Below, piece by piece: positions 20,264 through 30,161 of a DNA stretch of 64,000 nt (position 1 is the stretch's first letter; the number at the start of each line of letters is the position of its first letter). The notes under the pieces are model-generated. The model did no database searches. It worked only from the letters and a program-made list of their open reading frames with translations, and was not told the origin of the DNA. Origin of the DNA: an uncultured archaeon (GTDB lineage Archaea; Thermoplasmatota; Thermoplasmata; Thermoplasmatales; Thermoplasmataceae); NCBI GenBank assembly GCA_000965745.1, contig CP009479.1, forward strand, positions 1,984,001 to 2,048,000, given 5' to 3'. The position numbers and the translations under genes are program-made.

Positions 20264-20989
20264 TCACTGCAGCTGGACGACGTGAGTTACGAAATCAACG
20301 GGCGCTGTGAAGTCTATTATGGCCTGTGCCCCGTTCTGTGGTGTGACCTGCCCCGTTACCTGGGCGTTCTGCGTTATGTTCGTTCCGAACGTGTTCGTAA
20401 CATTAACCACGATTGCAGCCTGGTCCCCTGCAGACATTACAGGATAGCTTGCAACCATCGAGTGTTGCGGGTCAAATGTCACCAGCACACCGAAACTTGT
20501 CGGGTTCCCTTTAGCGGTACTAAGGTTGTTCCACGCAGATATTCCGAATATGTTAGTTGACCCTCCATGCGATATGTCTGCAAAGACGGACGAGTTGTAT
20601 ACGAGCACTGCCGTTACCCCTCCGACTGTCAGAGTAAGACTGACATTTCCAAGGTCAATGGCACTATTGCCGGCATTCGGGGATACGAATATGGCGAGCA
20701 GGGAAACTCCACCGGCCTCAGTTGGGTGAGCACTGTCATATCCAAGTATCTGTGTTTCGATTATACCACTTGATACCTGCCTTATTGTTGTGGTGCCTGT
20801 GGATGATGCCTTTTGCTGCAGTATTCCCGCTGTATGGATCAGCACGGAGGCAGCAACAGCAGCTACAAGGACCATGGCGATGAAGATGATCAGGACACCT
20901 ATTCCTGTTTCAGCCTTTACATCTGCCTTGAGGCTAAGTTGTTTCTTGATGAATCGGGTGGATATAACCAGATATTTGCTTAGTATCAT
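20264..20989 (-). CDS. flaB: Archaellin (archaeal flagellin)
   Basis: Class III signal peptide 'KA|ETGIGVLIIFIAMVLVAAVAASVLI'; 'SPNAGNSAIDL'; GAGGT SD; poly-T tract downstream (20214-20228). Confidence 0.92.
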   Translation of the reverse strand: MILSKYLVISTRFIKKQLSLKADVKAETGIGVLIIFIAMVLVAAVAASVLIHTAGILQQKASSTGTTTIRQVSSGIIETQILGYDSAHPTEAGGVSLLAIFVSPNAGNSAIDLGNVSLTLTVGGVTAVLVYNSSVFADISHGGSTNIFGISAWNNLSTAKGNPTSFGVLVTFDPQHSMVASYPVMSAGDQAAIVVNVTNTFGTNITQNAQVTGQVTPQNGAQAIIDFTAPVDFVTHVVQLQ

Positions 20990-21065
20990 ATCTAACCTCG
21001 CACCTAGTTTAGTATGCTGTTATGTATATGGTCTGGCAAGTATATAAGGAGCTTAATGCTAGGAA

Positions 21066-21080
21066 TGCGAAATTTTCGCA
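21066..21080. promoter_or_regulatory. Palindrome TGCGAAA-T-TTTCGCA upstream of the archaellin TATA box
   Basis: Perfect 7-bp arms, 18 bp upstream of TTATATA (minus strand, 21047-21041). Confidence 0.5.
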
Positions 21081-21171
21081 GTCTTCAGACACTTCCGCAT
21101 AAATTCCTACATAGGATTATACCACTTTTACTGCCTAAAAACAGGTAACTTCGCGTGCAAAAAACGCTTTT

Positions 21172-22035
21172 ATGAGAAATACGGAATCTTCTCCCGGTAA
21201 CATGTTAACAGGAGCAGATAAGAACTTCATAGTTCAGAGTGTGGAGAACGGTTACCGGGTAGTGGACCTCGCCAAGATGTTCAATGTTACCCCAAGGAGG
21301 ATACAGCAGATCATCAAGGAGAGTTCAGAGGAAGGGCAGGACAGGAAGAAATCCACCGAGATAACCTCTGATGTGGCCCATGAGATAGAGGAGCTCTGGA
21401 GCGCATACAAAATAGGTTCCAGGACAATCTACTATCTTCTAAAGAGCAAGGGGAGGAATGTTTCCTACTACCAGGTGTACAACTTCATGAAGGAGAAGAA
21501 GATGGTTAAGCAGAAGCAGAGCAGGGCCAACAAATCCATGTATGACGCACAGAACCGCCCTCTTAGCAACATACTGATGGATTACCACCAGACACGCCTT
21601 GACTACCCATATGCCATCGTGTGTGTAGACCAGGCCACAAAAAAGGTCCTTTCAATCACGGAGTCGAGGAAGATAACCAAAGACGTTATGGAATCAACCA
21701 TCAACAACCTGTCTTTCTTCCACGACAAGACTGACATCAAGATTGACAAACTCATTCTCAGAAGCGGCATACTGACAATACTCTATGGCGCAACTGACCT
21801 CAAGTACTCAATCAGGAAGAAAGGGATAGAGAACGTGGAATCAGACAAGAATGGGGGGAAGGTGCATCTTGCGCTGTCAAAGTTCTGGCAGAGTTATGAC
21901 AAATTCAGATGGACATTTGACAACTCGTCGGATTTTGTATACTGGTACAACAACCGCCCGGTAATGAAGAGCGACAACAGGGTCACAACACCCAACCAAA
22001 TAATGGAGCAGTATCTGGTCAACCAGCAGTCCTGA
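21172..22035 (+). CDS. IS481/ISA0963-like transposase homologue, probably catalytically inactive
   Basis: HTH 'LAKMFNVTPRRIQQI'; integrase-core remnants 'LMDYH', 'VDQATKKVL', 'FVYWYNNRP', 'TPNQ'. Second D and the E are replaced. Likely start 21202. Confidence 0.75.
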   Translation: MRNTESSPGNMLTGADKNFIVQSVENGYRVVDLAKMFNVTPRRIQQIIKESSEEGQDRKKSTEITSDVAHEIEELWSAYKIGSRTIYYLLKSKGRNVSYYQVYNFMKEKKMVKQKQSRANKSMYDAQNRPLSNILMDYHQTRLDYPYAIVCVDQATKKVLSITESRKITKDVMESTINNLSFFHDKTDIKIDKLILRSGILTILYGATDLKYSIRKKGIENVESDKNGGKVHLALSKFWQSYDKFRWTFDNSSDFVYWYNNRPVMKSDNRVTTPNQIMEQYLVNQQS

Positions 22036-22212
22036 ATTCGGGTTCGGCTGGTTTCCCGGTATTCAACTATTTCTTTCCTGTTGGCGTTGACGGATACTTC
22101 ACTCAACACCACCGTATTTCTCCAAATGATTTTTGCAGGCCAGGCGACAGCATTAATGCCTGTAATACTCATGAATGCCGGAGAATCACCATTTTCTGAC
22201 AGATTGCAGGGC

Positions 22213-22965
22213 CTATTGGAAAATTGCCGGGCGCCTGCCCTTGAATTCTTTGCCGGAACTTGTGTCAAATATGTCAAAATCCACCCCGAAGGTCTCGTTC
22301 AGGTATTCTCTGTTCATTGTAGAATCAGTTTCACCGGAATGGAGGACAGTTCCATTCCTCATCAGCACAACTTCGTCCGCAAGCGAATGGACAGCCCCCA
22401 GGTCGTGCATTACAACAACGATGGTCCTGCCACTTTCCTTCAGCCGCCCAATAACCTGGTTTACAAGGAGTTGCTTATCAACATCCAGGAAAGTGGTGGG
22501 CTCGTCCATCAGCATAATCTCCGCATTCTGGTAGATGGACCCGGCAAGCGTGACCAGCCTCCGCTCCCCTCCGCTCAGATTCGAAAACTTTCTGTCTATG
22601 AGGTGCTCTATCTCGAATTCCCTCAGGGCATCAACCATATCGGTTTCGCTGTCGTCTCTGCTGTACCCGGAAACCGAAAGAACCTCCCTGACAGTGAAGC
22701 CAAGAGGATCAAAAATCTCCTGCTGGACAAATGACACCTTCCTTGACAACTCTTTGAATTCATACTCATGGAGAGCCTTTCCGTCGACCGTTATATCTCC
22801 GTGGCTGGCCTTTACCCCACCATTCAGCAGCTTCAGAAGCGTAGACTTTCCTGATCCGTTTTTGCCGATTATTCCTGTGACTGCACCCTTCGTGATGACA
22901 AGATCAGGGCATTCCAGCTGAAATCCCCCTTTCCTGTATACAACATCACTTACCCTAATGCTCAT
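22213..22965 (-). CDS. Cobalamin/Fe-chelate ABC transporter ATPase
   Basis: 'GKNGSGKST', 'LSGGE', 'LMDEPT', 'MHDL'. GGAGGTG SD. Confidence 0.92.
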   Translation of the reverse strand: MSIRVSDVVYRKGGFQLECPDLVITKGAVTGIIGKNGSGKSTLLKLLNGGVKASHGDITVDGKALHEYEFKELSRKVSFVQQEIFDPLGFTVREVLSVSGYSRDDSETDMVDALREFEIEHLIDRKFSNLSGGERRLVTLAGSIYQNAEIMLMDEPTTFLDVDKQLLVNQVIGRLKESGRTIVVVMHDLGAVHSLADEVVLMRNGTVLHSGETDSTMNREYLNETFGVDFDIFDTSSGKEFKGRRPAIFQ

Positions 22966-24028
22966 AAACACCTCCGGAGAGCCTTCTCAGAAGGTACATG
23001 AAGACTGGCACCCCGATCATCCCGGTGACAACCCCTATTGGGACCACCTCACCGGTAATCACTACCCTTGATATGTCATCTGCCGCAAGAAGGAAGATTG
23101 CGCCCATTATTGCAGAAGAAGGTATTACAAACCTGTTTGACCCTCCGTAAAGAAGTCTCGATATGTGTGGCATTATGAGGCCTACAAATCCTATTATCCC
23201 GCTCACTGAGACCGCTGCAGAAACGCTGAGGGTAACAAGTACTATCATGACCCTTTTCACGTTTTCTACCGATACTCCAACAGATCTTGCGTGGAACTCC
23301 CCCAGCTGCAGGGCATCAAGTTCCCTGTGATATAGTGAAATTATCAGAGAAGTTGAGATCACAATCGCTGATACTGGAAGCAGCTCTGTCCAGGTTATGC
23401 CGCTCAGGGAACCGAGAAGCCAGAAAAATGCCGCGCCCTGCAGTTTTACATTGGTGAAGAGCATGAGGGCCACAAGAGACGAAACGAACAATGATATGGC
23501 AATCCCGGTCAGAAGAAGGTAAGTCGGGCTTACCTTCCCTCCTCTGAGGGCAAACATGTAAACTATGCCTACCACTGCAATTGAAAAAATGAAAGCCATC
23601 AGCGGAACTGTGAAGATTCCGAACAATGTCAGGCCGAACATTATTGATGCGACAGCACCAAGTGATGCGCCGCTCGAAAGGCCTATGATATATGGCTCCG
23701 TGATTGGATTTCTGAACAGGCTCTGTATAACTGCACCCCCTATTCCCAGAGATGCGCCAACCAATATTCCTCCAATTACCTCAGGCTCCCTCAGAAAGAC
23801 AATGATTCCATAGTCCTTCCCGCTGACCGTGAATGAAAGAAAGTGCCCAAGAACGGGTATCTGTTTGAGGTATATCACGATGACATCCGCGGCCTGAATT
23901 CTGACCGGCCCGATAAATGTCGACAGGATTGCCATAAAAAAAAGGAGGATAGCTGAGGCTACGATCCCTGCTATCTTTATGTTCCTGAAGGAACGCGCAT
24001 TCAACCTGTCGCTCTCATTTTTGAGCAA
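22955..24028 (-). CDS. FecCD/BtuC-family ABC permease
   Basis: 'QSLFRNPITEPYIIGLSSGA', 'GIIGFVGLIMPH'. Confidence 0.92.
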   Translation of the reverse strand: MLKNESDRLNARSFRNIKIAGIVASAILLFFMAILSTFIGPVRIQAADVIVIYLKQIPVLGHFLSFTVSGKDYGIIVFLREPEVIGGILVGASLGIGGAVIQSLFRNPITEPYIIGLSSGASLGAVASIMFGLTLFGIFTVPLMAFIFSIAVVGIVYMFALRGGKVSPTYLLLTGIAISLFVSSLVALMLFTNVKLQGAAFFWLLGSLSGITWTELLPVSAIVISTSLIISLYHRELDALQLGEFHARSVGVSVENVKRVMIVLVTLSVSAAVSVSGIIGFVGLIMPHISRLLYGGSNRFVIPSSAIMGAIFLLAADDISRVVITGEVVPIGVVTGMIGVPVFMYLLRRLSGGVYEH

Positions 24029-24035
24029 AACACAG

Positions 24036-25013
24036 TCACCCCGTTATCAGCGGATCAGGATTATCCTGTATCCCCAACGGAAATGCCGGTAATTTAACGT
24101 TTATCCCGTAGGCTTCCTGGACCATCCAGGCAATGGCGTAGATAACCCTGAAATTAGGCTCGGTAAATATGCTCTCGTTGGGCAGGACAAAGACTTTTCC
24201 ATTTTGCACTGCAGTGGAATTATTGAAGGGATACACGCTGAGAGCGGATTTATTGACATACTGATCCAGGAATATCACCTGTGGGGAGTTGTTTGCCAGA
24301 ACTTCCGGCGATATGGGGACAAAGCCACCCGTAAGATTCAGCGCGACATTCCTGAGGTGTGCATAGTCGAAGAAATCGTTGAAGAACGTGCCATTTCCGG
24401 TGGTGTAAATCCCCCCACTGCTGCTCAGGTAGTAGAAAGCAGAAAGTTCAGCGGATGAGTTTATCTTTCCCGTTGCGTTGGATATCGCGCCCAGGGACTG
24501 GTTCATCCAGATGTTCAGCATTGAGGCATTCTTCTCTTTTCCCGTGATCTCCCCAAGAAGAGTGTTCTGCTGCTCAATGCCCGTAATCCCCGATCCTGCT
24601 CCGGCATTAAGAAATACATAATTTATTCCGGCGTCGAGGAGTTTCGTAATCTGTCCCTGGGAATAGCCTGAATCAAAAGATATAACCGCCTGCGGGCTGA
24701 GGTTGAAGATTTCCTCAAGGTTCATTGATGGATATGATCCAACTACCGGAAGGGTTGAGTTCTGGGGGTATGACCCATAACCGCTGTCACCCACAAGATA
24801 GCTGTAAGCCCCTATTGCATACAGATTCGCGGTTGCAGCAGGATCCAGTGAGACAATTCTTGTAGTTTTGTATGAAAGATTGTCCCCGGATGAGACCGTA
24901 ATTACCTGTCCCTTCTCCTGTTTATGCCCATGGATTTCATAGAAGCCAAAACCGCTAAGAAGCAGAACAGCCACCACTATCAAAGATATTATTGCTTTTA
25001 TGTTGCTTTTCAT
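24036..25013 (-). CDS. BtuF/Fe-siderophore-type substrate-binding protein
   Basis: N-terminal TM, 'RIVSLDPA', 'NLEEIFNLSP', 'AVQNGKVF'. Confidence 0.88.
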   Translation of the reverse strand: MKSNIKAIISLIVVAVLLLSGFGFYEIHGHKQEKGQVITVSSGDNLSYKTTRIVSLDPAATANLYAIGAYSYLVGDSGYGSYPQNSTLPVVGSYPSMNLEEIFNLSPQAVISFDSGYSQGQITKLLDAGINYVFLNAGAGSGITGIEQQNTLLGEITGKEKNASMLNIWMNQSLGAISNATGKINSSAELSAFYYLSSSGGIYTTGNGTFFNDFFDYAHLRNVALNLTGGFVPISPEVLANNSPQVIFLDQYVNKSALSVYPFNNSTAVQNGKVFVLPNESIFTEPNFRVIYAIAWMVQEAYGINVKLPAFPLGIQDNPDPLITG

Positions 25014-25168
25014 TCGAACACCATAAGTCTACTTCAGTTTAGTGAAGTTGACTTCACAATTAAAACTTTCGCACCTGGGTTTTTTCACAGTGGACCCTCA
25101 AAAACAGCACCTCCGGTTAAATCCGGTATTTAAGCAATGTCAGAGTCTCCTGAGCCATTGACATCCCG

Positions 25169-26710
25169 TCAGGGAAACAGAGCGGGAATGTCCTTGGAAA
25201 CGTTGGCAACTAGAAGTTTGGGACCGCTTCCCTCCGCTAGCCAGTCAAGTTCCCTGAGGTCTTTGTCAGCTATACGAGAAGGCACACCAAACGATTCTGA
25301 AATACTGGAGATATCATTTCTGAAAGTGAAATATGGGGCATTTTCCACTCCGGGATAGAAGCTCCTTGAAAAACTCTTCAGAATAGTGTATCCTTCATTG
25401 TTGAGGACAAGTATCTTCACCGGCAGGTTATAGTGCGATATGGTCCAGAGCGTCTGTATTGTGTACATGAGCGCGCCATCTCCCACGATCTCCAGCACCT
25501 TGGGCGAATGAAGTGAGATTCCAGCGGCCGCGGGCAGGCCCCATCCGAGTTGGCCACTCTTCGCTGTGAAATAGGATTTGTCCCTGTAGCCCATGGTTGA
25601 CCTCACAAGCGGTGATGATGAAATGGCTTCGTCAACAATTACATGCCGTGAAAAACTGTTCCTGGCCTTGGCAATAACGTATGAAGCCCCCATGCTCTTT
25701 TTCTCCCTGGCGGCAGCACTTCTGCCGGAAAGGTCAGATTCCCGCCTGTAGTTGCCAATTTTTCCAACACGGTTTTCAAGAGCCTCCATAAAAAGTCCCG
25801 GGTTGCTCGTGATATACTCGCCATGCCTGTAGCTCGGAGAAAGGGATACCGTTATGATCTTCTTCCCCGGCAGCAGCCTTGAAGGTAGGTAAGGGTACAT
25901 GGTGAGGTCACCCCCAAAGTTCAGAATCAGGTCATGTGAAAGAAGGGACATATTGATCGACGAAGTGGCTGGCGCAAGGTCACCTGAAAATCTCTCATTG
26001 CTGCTCCTGAAAGGGGCTCTGCTTGCAAACGGCTCTGCAAAAACCTGGCATCCAAACCTGTTCGCAAAATGTTCTGCCTTGTCAAGCATGCCGTATTCAT
26101 CAAGCTCGCCCCCCATAATCACGGCAGGGCTCCTGCTTTCCGAAATGCATCTGAGAACGTATTCGACGGCATCACTGTCAACCAGCGATGTGTTGGGTAC
26201 CGAATAGCCGGCGCGGTTGTAATCAGCTTCAAGGTCCATTACGTCCATGGGGAACGATAGGAAAACCGGCCCCATCGGAGGCTCAAGGCTGATGGAATAT
26301 GCCCTTTTCATCGCTTTCTCTATGTCTTCAGCACTCTTCACTTCGTAACTGTACTTGGCAGCGTCCCCAACCAGAGACTGGAGATCATGCCAAAGCAAAG
26401 GTTCGTAGTAGGCATGCCTCGTGTCCTGCTGTCCTGCGGTTATTATCACAGGGGAATGATTTTGCCTTGCAGTATGAATGAATGCCATGGAGTTGGCAAC
26501 ACCCGGCATGGCATGCAGGTTTACAAGCGCAGGCCTCCCGGAGAATTGCGCATAACCATCTGCCATTCCCACTGCCAGTGAGTCATGAAGAGTCAGGATA
26601 TAGTCGTCGACGCCTCGCAGCATGGGTATCTCAGTAGAGCCGGGATTTCCGAAGACAGGCCCCAGCTTCAGCTCCCTGAGCGCTTCTCTGAATATTTCAT
26701 ATCCTTTCAT
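25169..26710 (-). CDS. TPP-dependent enzyme, benzoylformate decarboxylase-like
   Basis: 'FGNPGSTE', 'GMADGYAQ', TPP motif 'GDGALMY...LNN'. Confidence 0.88.
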   Translation of the reverse strand: MKGYEIFREALRELKLGPVFGNPGSTEIPMLRGVDDYILTLHDSLAVGMADGYAQFSGRPALVNLHAMPGVANSMAFIHTARQNHSPVIITAGQQDTRHAYYEPLLWHDLQSLVGDAAKYSYEVKSAEDIEKAMKRAYSISLEPPMGPVFLSFPMDVMDLEADYNRAGYSVPNTSLVDSDAVEYVLRCISESRSPAVIMGGELDEYGMLDKAEHFANRFGCQVFAEPFASRAPFRSSNERFSGDLAPATSSINMSLLSHDLILNFGGDLTMYPYLPSRLLPGKKIITVSLSPSYRHGEYITSNPGLFMEALENRVGKIGNYRRESDLSGRSAAAREKKSMGASYVIAKARNSFSRHVIVDEAISSSPLVRSTMGYRDKSYFTAKSGQLGWGLPAAAGISLHSPKVLEIVGDGALMYTIQTLWTISHYNLPVKILVLNNEGYTILKSFSRSFYPGVENAPYFTFRNDISSISESFGVPSRIADKDLRELDWLAEGSGPKLLVANVSKDIPALFP

Positions 26711-27642
26711 CAGATCACTCTGAACTGGGGGTCAAGTCCCTGTATGAATTTCATTACATTTGAGATTGTGTCCTTCATGAATCTCTGCTGGCTCTCAACT
26801 GTAACTCCGGCAATATGTGGTGAAAAGATCACGTTGTCAAGCCCGAAAAGTTCTGATTTGAAATCAGGCGGCTCTTTTTCATACACGTCTATGCACGCCT
26901 TAATGCCTCTGGATTTGACGGCATCAATAAGGGCACCTTCGTCAACTACTCCTCCTCTTGATGTGTTTATGATTAAGGCACCATCTTTCATCTTGCTGAA
27001 TTCATTCTTTCCGATCATTCCCCTCGTCTGTTCGGTGAGTGGAACATGGAGTGATATTATATCAGACCGGGAAAAAAGAGAGTCTAGTTCCAGGAAGGTG
27101 AGGCCAAGGTCTTCTTCCATTTCCTCCTCGAGCCTGACAGTATCGTAGTAGACCGTGTTTGCTCCAAGGTGAAGCAGCTTTTCGGCCAGTTTTTTTCCTA
27201 TTGCACCCATTCCAACTATCCCGAAAGTCCTGTTCATCAACTCCATGGAATTTGTGAGAACCGGCCAGTTCCCGCTCTTTATTTCGCTGTGGAAGTGCAT
27301 TATATTCTTGAGCTGGGAAAGTGCCATTGCAATCACGTGCTCCGCAACACTGTCCTTGTTCGCGGTGGGTATGTTTGAAAGCATTACATTTCTCTTTCTC
27401 AGGGCCGGGATATCAACATTGTCATAGCCTGTGCTGGCGACCTGGACAAATTTCAGGTTGGGAATTCTGGAGACCAGGTTTTCATCTACTGTTGTAAAAG
27501 TGGTAACGATCAGCACTTCCGCCTCATTGGAGCCGAAATCGGTTGAGGTTACTATTTCACCTTCAGGCATTACCTGGCCAAGGGCGGATGATATCTCCTC
27601 GATCGGAAGGAATGGGGGTAGAATGGAAAGAACTTTCATCAT
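26710..27642 (-). CDS. D-isomer-specific 2-hydroxyacid dehydrogenase
   Basis: 'GYDNVD', 'GMGAIG', 'SLHVPLT', 'INTSRG', 'SPHIAG'. Confidence 0.92.
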   Translation of the reverse strand: MMKVLSILPPFLPIEEISSALGQVMPEGEIVTSTDFGSNEAEVLIVTTFTTVDENLVSRIPNLKFVQVASTGYDNVDIPALRKRNVMLSNIPTANKDSVAEHVIAMALSQLKNIMHFHSEIKSGNWPVLTNSMELMNRTFGIVGMGAIGKKLAEKLLHLGANTVYYDTVRLEEEMEEDLGLTFLELDSLFSRSDIISLHVPLTEQTRGMIGKNEFSKMKDGALIINTSRGGVVDEGALIDAVKSRGIKACIDVYEKEPPDFKSELFGLDNVIFSPHIAGVTVESQQRFMKDTISNVMKFIQGLDPQFRVI

Positions 27643-28015
27643 ATCACAATAACATGAGCATAGCAATATTTATTGCTTACTGGCAATGATTCCACTATTA
27701 TGAAAGAGGATGCTCCATTAACTTTCACCACAGGCATCAACTTTTGCTGTCAGCACCAGGTTCTCTGGTGTTCCTGCTGTGCCGAACAGTATCAATTCCG
27801 GGAGAACATGTACCCTGGGAATATTTGCCTGATTCAAACAAGCATACAATACGGGCAAGATGCAACAACCAGATGGCAGGGGCTATCGTTGTGTTCATCG
27901 GAGAGAAGCGTTGCGTACCCGTAACACCCCATAGTGCAAATTTCTGCATGATTGGCAGGATATCAAGCCCAAAATTTATGGCAAAGCTTTTTTATTCAGC
28001 TTCCAATTCTATGGA

Positions 28016-28318
28016 GCCGGACTAGGCTGGGGAGCTAGGCGCTTCCTGTTACCCGAAGCCTATATGCGGGAGTGACGGCCTGGAGAGGTCAACCAAACTT
28101 CTGCCAGGCCCCGTGAAATCGCTGAAGTTCTGTTCCTTCGGATCGGAGGACCATATATGCGAGCCCGAAGGAGCATGTGTGTATGACTTATCAGGAGAAT
28201 CCGCCAGGACCGGAAGGGAGCAACGGTATCCTGGACTCTTGATGCTGAAGGGGTGCGGGACGGAGAGGAAGCGGGGGGACCCTGACAGGACATTTGGCCC
28301 GATCCAGGCGGGTCCGGC
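28016..28318 (+). ncRNA. ffs: Archaeal SRP (7S) RNA
   Basis: Helix-8 motif GCCAGGACCGGAAGGGAGCAACGG; Alu-like 5' domain; terminal helix GCCGGAC/GTCCGGC; about 300 nt; TATA-like element upstream. Confidence 0.92.
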
Positions 28319-28356
28319 ACTCACCATTCAAGGCCAAAAACGGGATATGATTATGC

Positions 28357-29508
28357 TTGGCAGACTACAAGATTATACAGGATCCACTTAACGGCCCGAT
28401 CAAGCTGTCGGGGCTCTATGAAGAACTCCTTGATACGCCTGAAATGCAGAGGCTCAGGTATGTAAAATCACTCGGCCTGTGCTATCTCGTTTTTCCGGGG
28501 GCCAACCATACCCGGTTCGAACATTCACTTGGAGTGATGAATCTTGCAAGGGATTTTGCACACACCCTTGAACTGGAAGATACCGACATTGCAGCCGTTT
28601 CAGGCCTGCTGCATGATGTTGGGCACCCTCCGATGAGCCATGGTGTCGAGCGTTTCTTCCAGGACAGCACCGGGATGGACCATCTCGAAGCGGGAGTCCG
28701 GATTGTCAGAGGAAAGCCCCCTTTTGAAAGCAGCAGAATCCCGGACATTCTCGACAGCCATGGAATAGACCCCGGCGAAGTAACTCAGATCATGAAGGGG
28801 AAATCATCCAGGTACCCTATACACTCGAAGATTGTCAGCGGCCCCATTGATGTTGACGAAATGGATTACCTCAGGAGAGACTCGCTCTTCTGCGGAGTCA
28901 AACTGGGCCTCATTGACGAGAGGAGGATAATGAATATCGCAAAAACGGAGTCCTCTGATCTTGTTATAGAAGAGAAAGGGATCCCGGCTGTTGAATCAGT
29001 GCTGATCGCGAGAATCCTCATGTACAATTCTGTTTATTTCCACAAGACCTGCAGGATAGCGCAAATCATGATGGAAAAAGCCCTTGAATTGGCTTCTTCA
29101 CCGCCTGAGAATCCGTTCAACATGGGAGATCATGACCTTCTGGCCGCAATTTCAAAGGATGAAGCATCAAGAAAATTAGTCGGGGAAATCATGCAGCGGA
29201 AGCTATTCAAGCCTCTAGCCAGGGTACCATACTCGAAGGAAAAGGAAAGTGGCATCACAAGAAAACTGGGGTCAAACTATAACACCTCAGACTTCATAGT
29301 CGATGTGATACCGCCATTGTCATTCTCAGGAATAGACCGGGTTAAATCTGACCTTCGGGTAGTGACAGGAAAGAAAACATATTCCCTTGAGGGTGTATCG
29401 CCGCTTGTGCGCGCACTTTATGAAACCCTGGAAATAAGGACGATAAATGTTTCATCGAGAGAGGGCATCAGGGACGAAGTGCTCAATGATCTGGTAGAAT
29501 TCACATAG
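28357..29508 (+). CDS. HD-domain phosphohydrolase (dNTP triphosphohydrolase-like)
   Basis: 'PEMQRLR', 'HTRFEHSLG', 'LLHDVGH', 'DVDEMDYLRRD', 'VYFHK'. Confidence 0.9.
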   Translation: MADYKIIQDPLNGPIKLSGLYEELLDTPEMQRLRYVKSLGLCYLVFPGANHTRFEHSLGVMNLARDFAHTLELEDTDIAAVSGLLHDVGHPPMSHGVERFFQDSTGMDHLEAGVRIVRGKPPFESSRIPDILDSHGIDPGEVTQIMKGKSSRYPIHSKIVSGPIDVDEMDYLRRDSLFCGVKLGLIDERRIMNIAKTESSDLVIEEKGIPAVESVLIARILMYNSVYFHKTCRIAQIMMEKALELASSPPENPFNMGDHDLLAAISKDEASRKLVGEIMQRKLFKPLARVPYSKEKESGITRKLGSNYNTSDFIVDVIPPLSFSGIDRVKSDLRVVTGKKTYSLEGVSPLVRALYETLEIRTINVSSREGIRDEVLNDLVEFT

Positions 29509-29549
29509 CCGAATTCATTGCAGTTTGCTAAGGTTATCCCGGTCCTGGT

Positions 29550-30002
29550 TCACTGGAGTGCCTTCTCCATCCTGAAGGCGCCTTTTGAGCCCCTGAAATA
29601 CTCATGATAGTATGTCACCATGTGCTCTATCTCAACATAGCCATGTTTCCTGTAGAACCCTATGGACTCGAAATTCATGTCCCTGACTTCAAGTATCGAA
29701 CGCTTCAGGCCCCGCTTCTTCATTTCTGCCTCAATATGATCGAGAAGCATGCCCCCTATGCCCCTGCCCTGATAGGCTGGATCCACTGCAATGCTTTCCA
29801 CATCGCCCGTTGTCTCATCGATGGGAATTGCCGAAACGTAGCCTGCGATTTTGCCGCTATCTTCTGCGACATAGTTGAAAGACCTTCGCATCCGGAACAT
29901 CCTCTTCAGCATAGCTCTCGAATAAGGGCCAACTGAAAATGCTCTTTTTTCTATCTCCACTATCTGATCAAGGTCTGAAGGGCTGACTTCTCTTATATCC
30001 AA
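29550..30002 (-). CDS. rimI: RimI/Ard1-like GNAT N-acetyltransferase
   Basis: 'IAVDPAYQGRGIG', 'LEVRDMN...FYRKHGY'. Start uncertain (TTG 30002 chosen). Confidence 0.82.
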   Translation of the reverse strand: MDIREVSPSDLDQIVEIEKRAFSVGPYSRAMLKRMFRMRRSFNYVAEDSGKIAGYVSAIPIDETTGDVESIAVDPAYQGRGIGGMLLDHIEAEMKKRGLKRSILEVRDMNFESIGFYRKHGYVEIEHMVTYYHEYFRGSKGAFRMEKALQ

Positions 30003-30161
30003 CTGTGGCAGTAATCCAAAGGGATATAATGAAACTTTATGGATCAGCGGAACAATCCCCTGGCCGGGGCATTCTGCCCTGCTATCTTTCTGCGGGCCGA
30101 ATATTCGGATCACTCTCCCTAACCTTTATAGAAGTCAGAACAATCACAGGGAAGTGGCACA

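Noticed and set aside
25014-25168. Possible cobalamin riboswitch before the ABC operon
   Set aside because: Only a CCACTG fragment, and it lies upstream of the likely TATA; the leader is too short.
27737-28391. Several 70-93 aa ORFs around 28 kb
   Set aside because: Shadows of the GC-rich SRP RNA or featureless intergenic frames.
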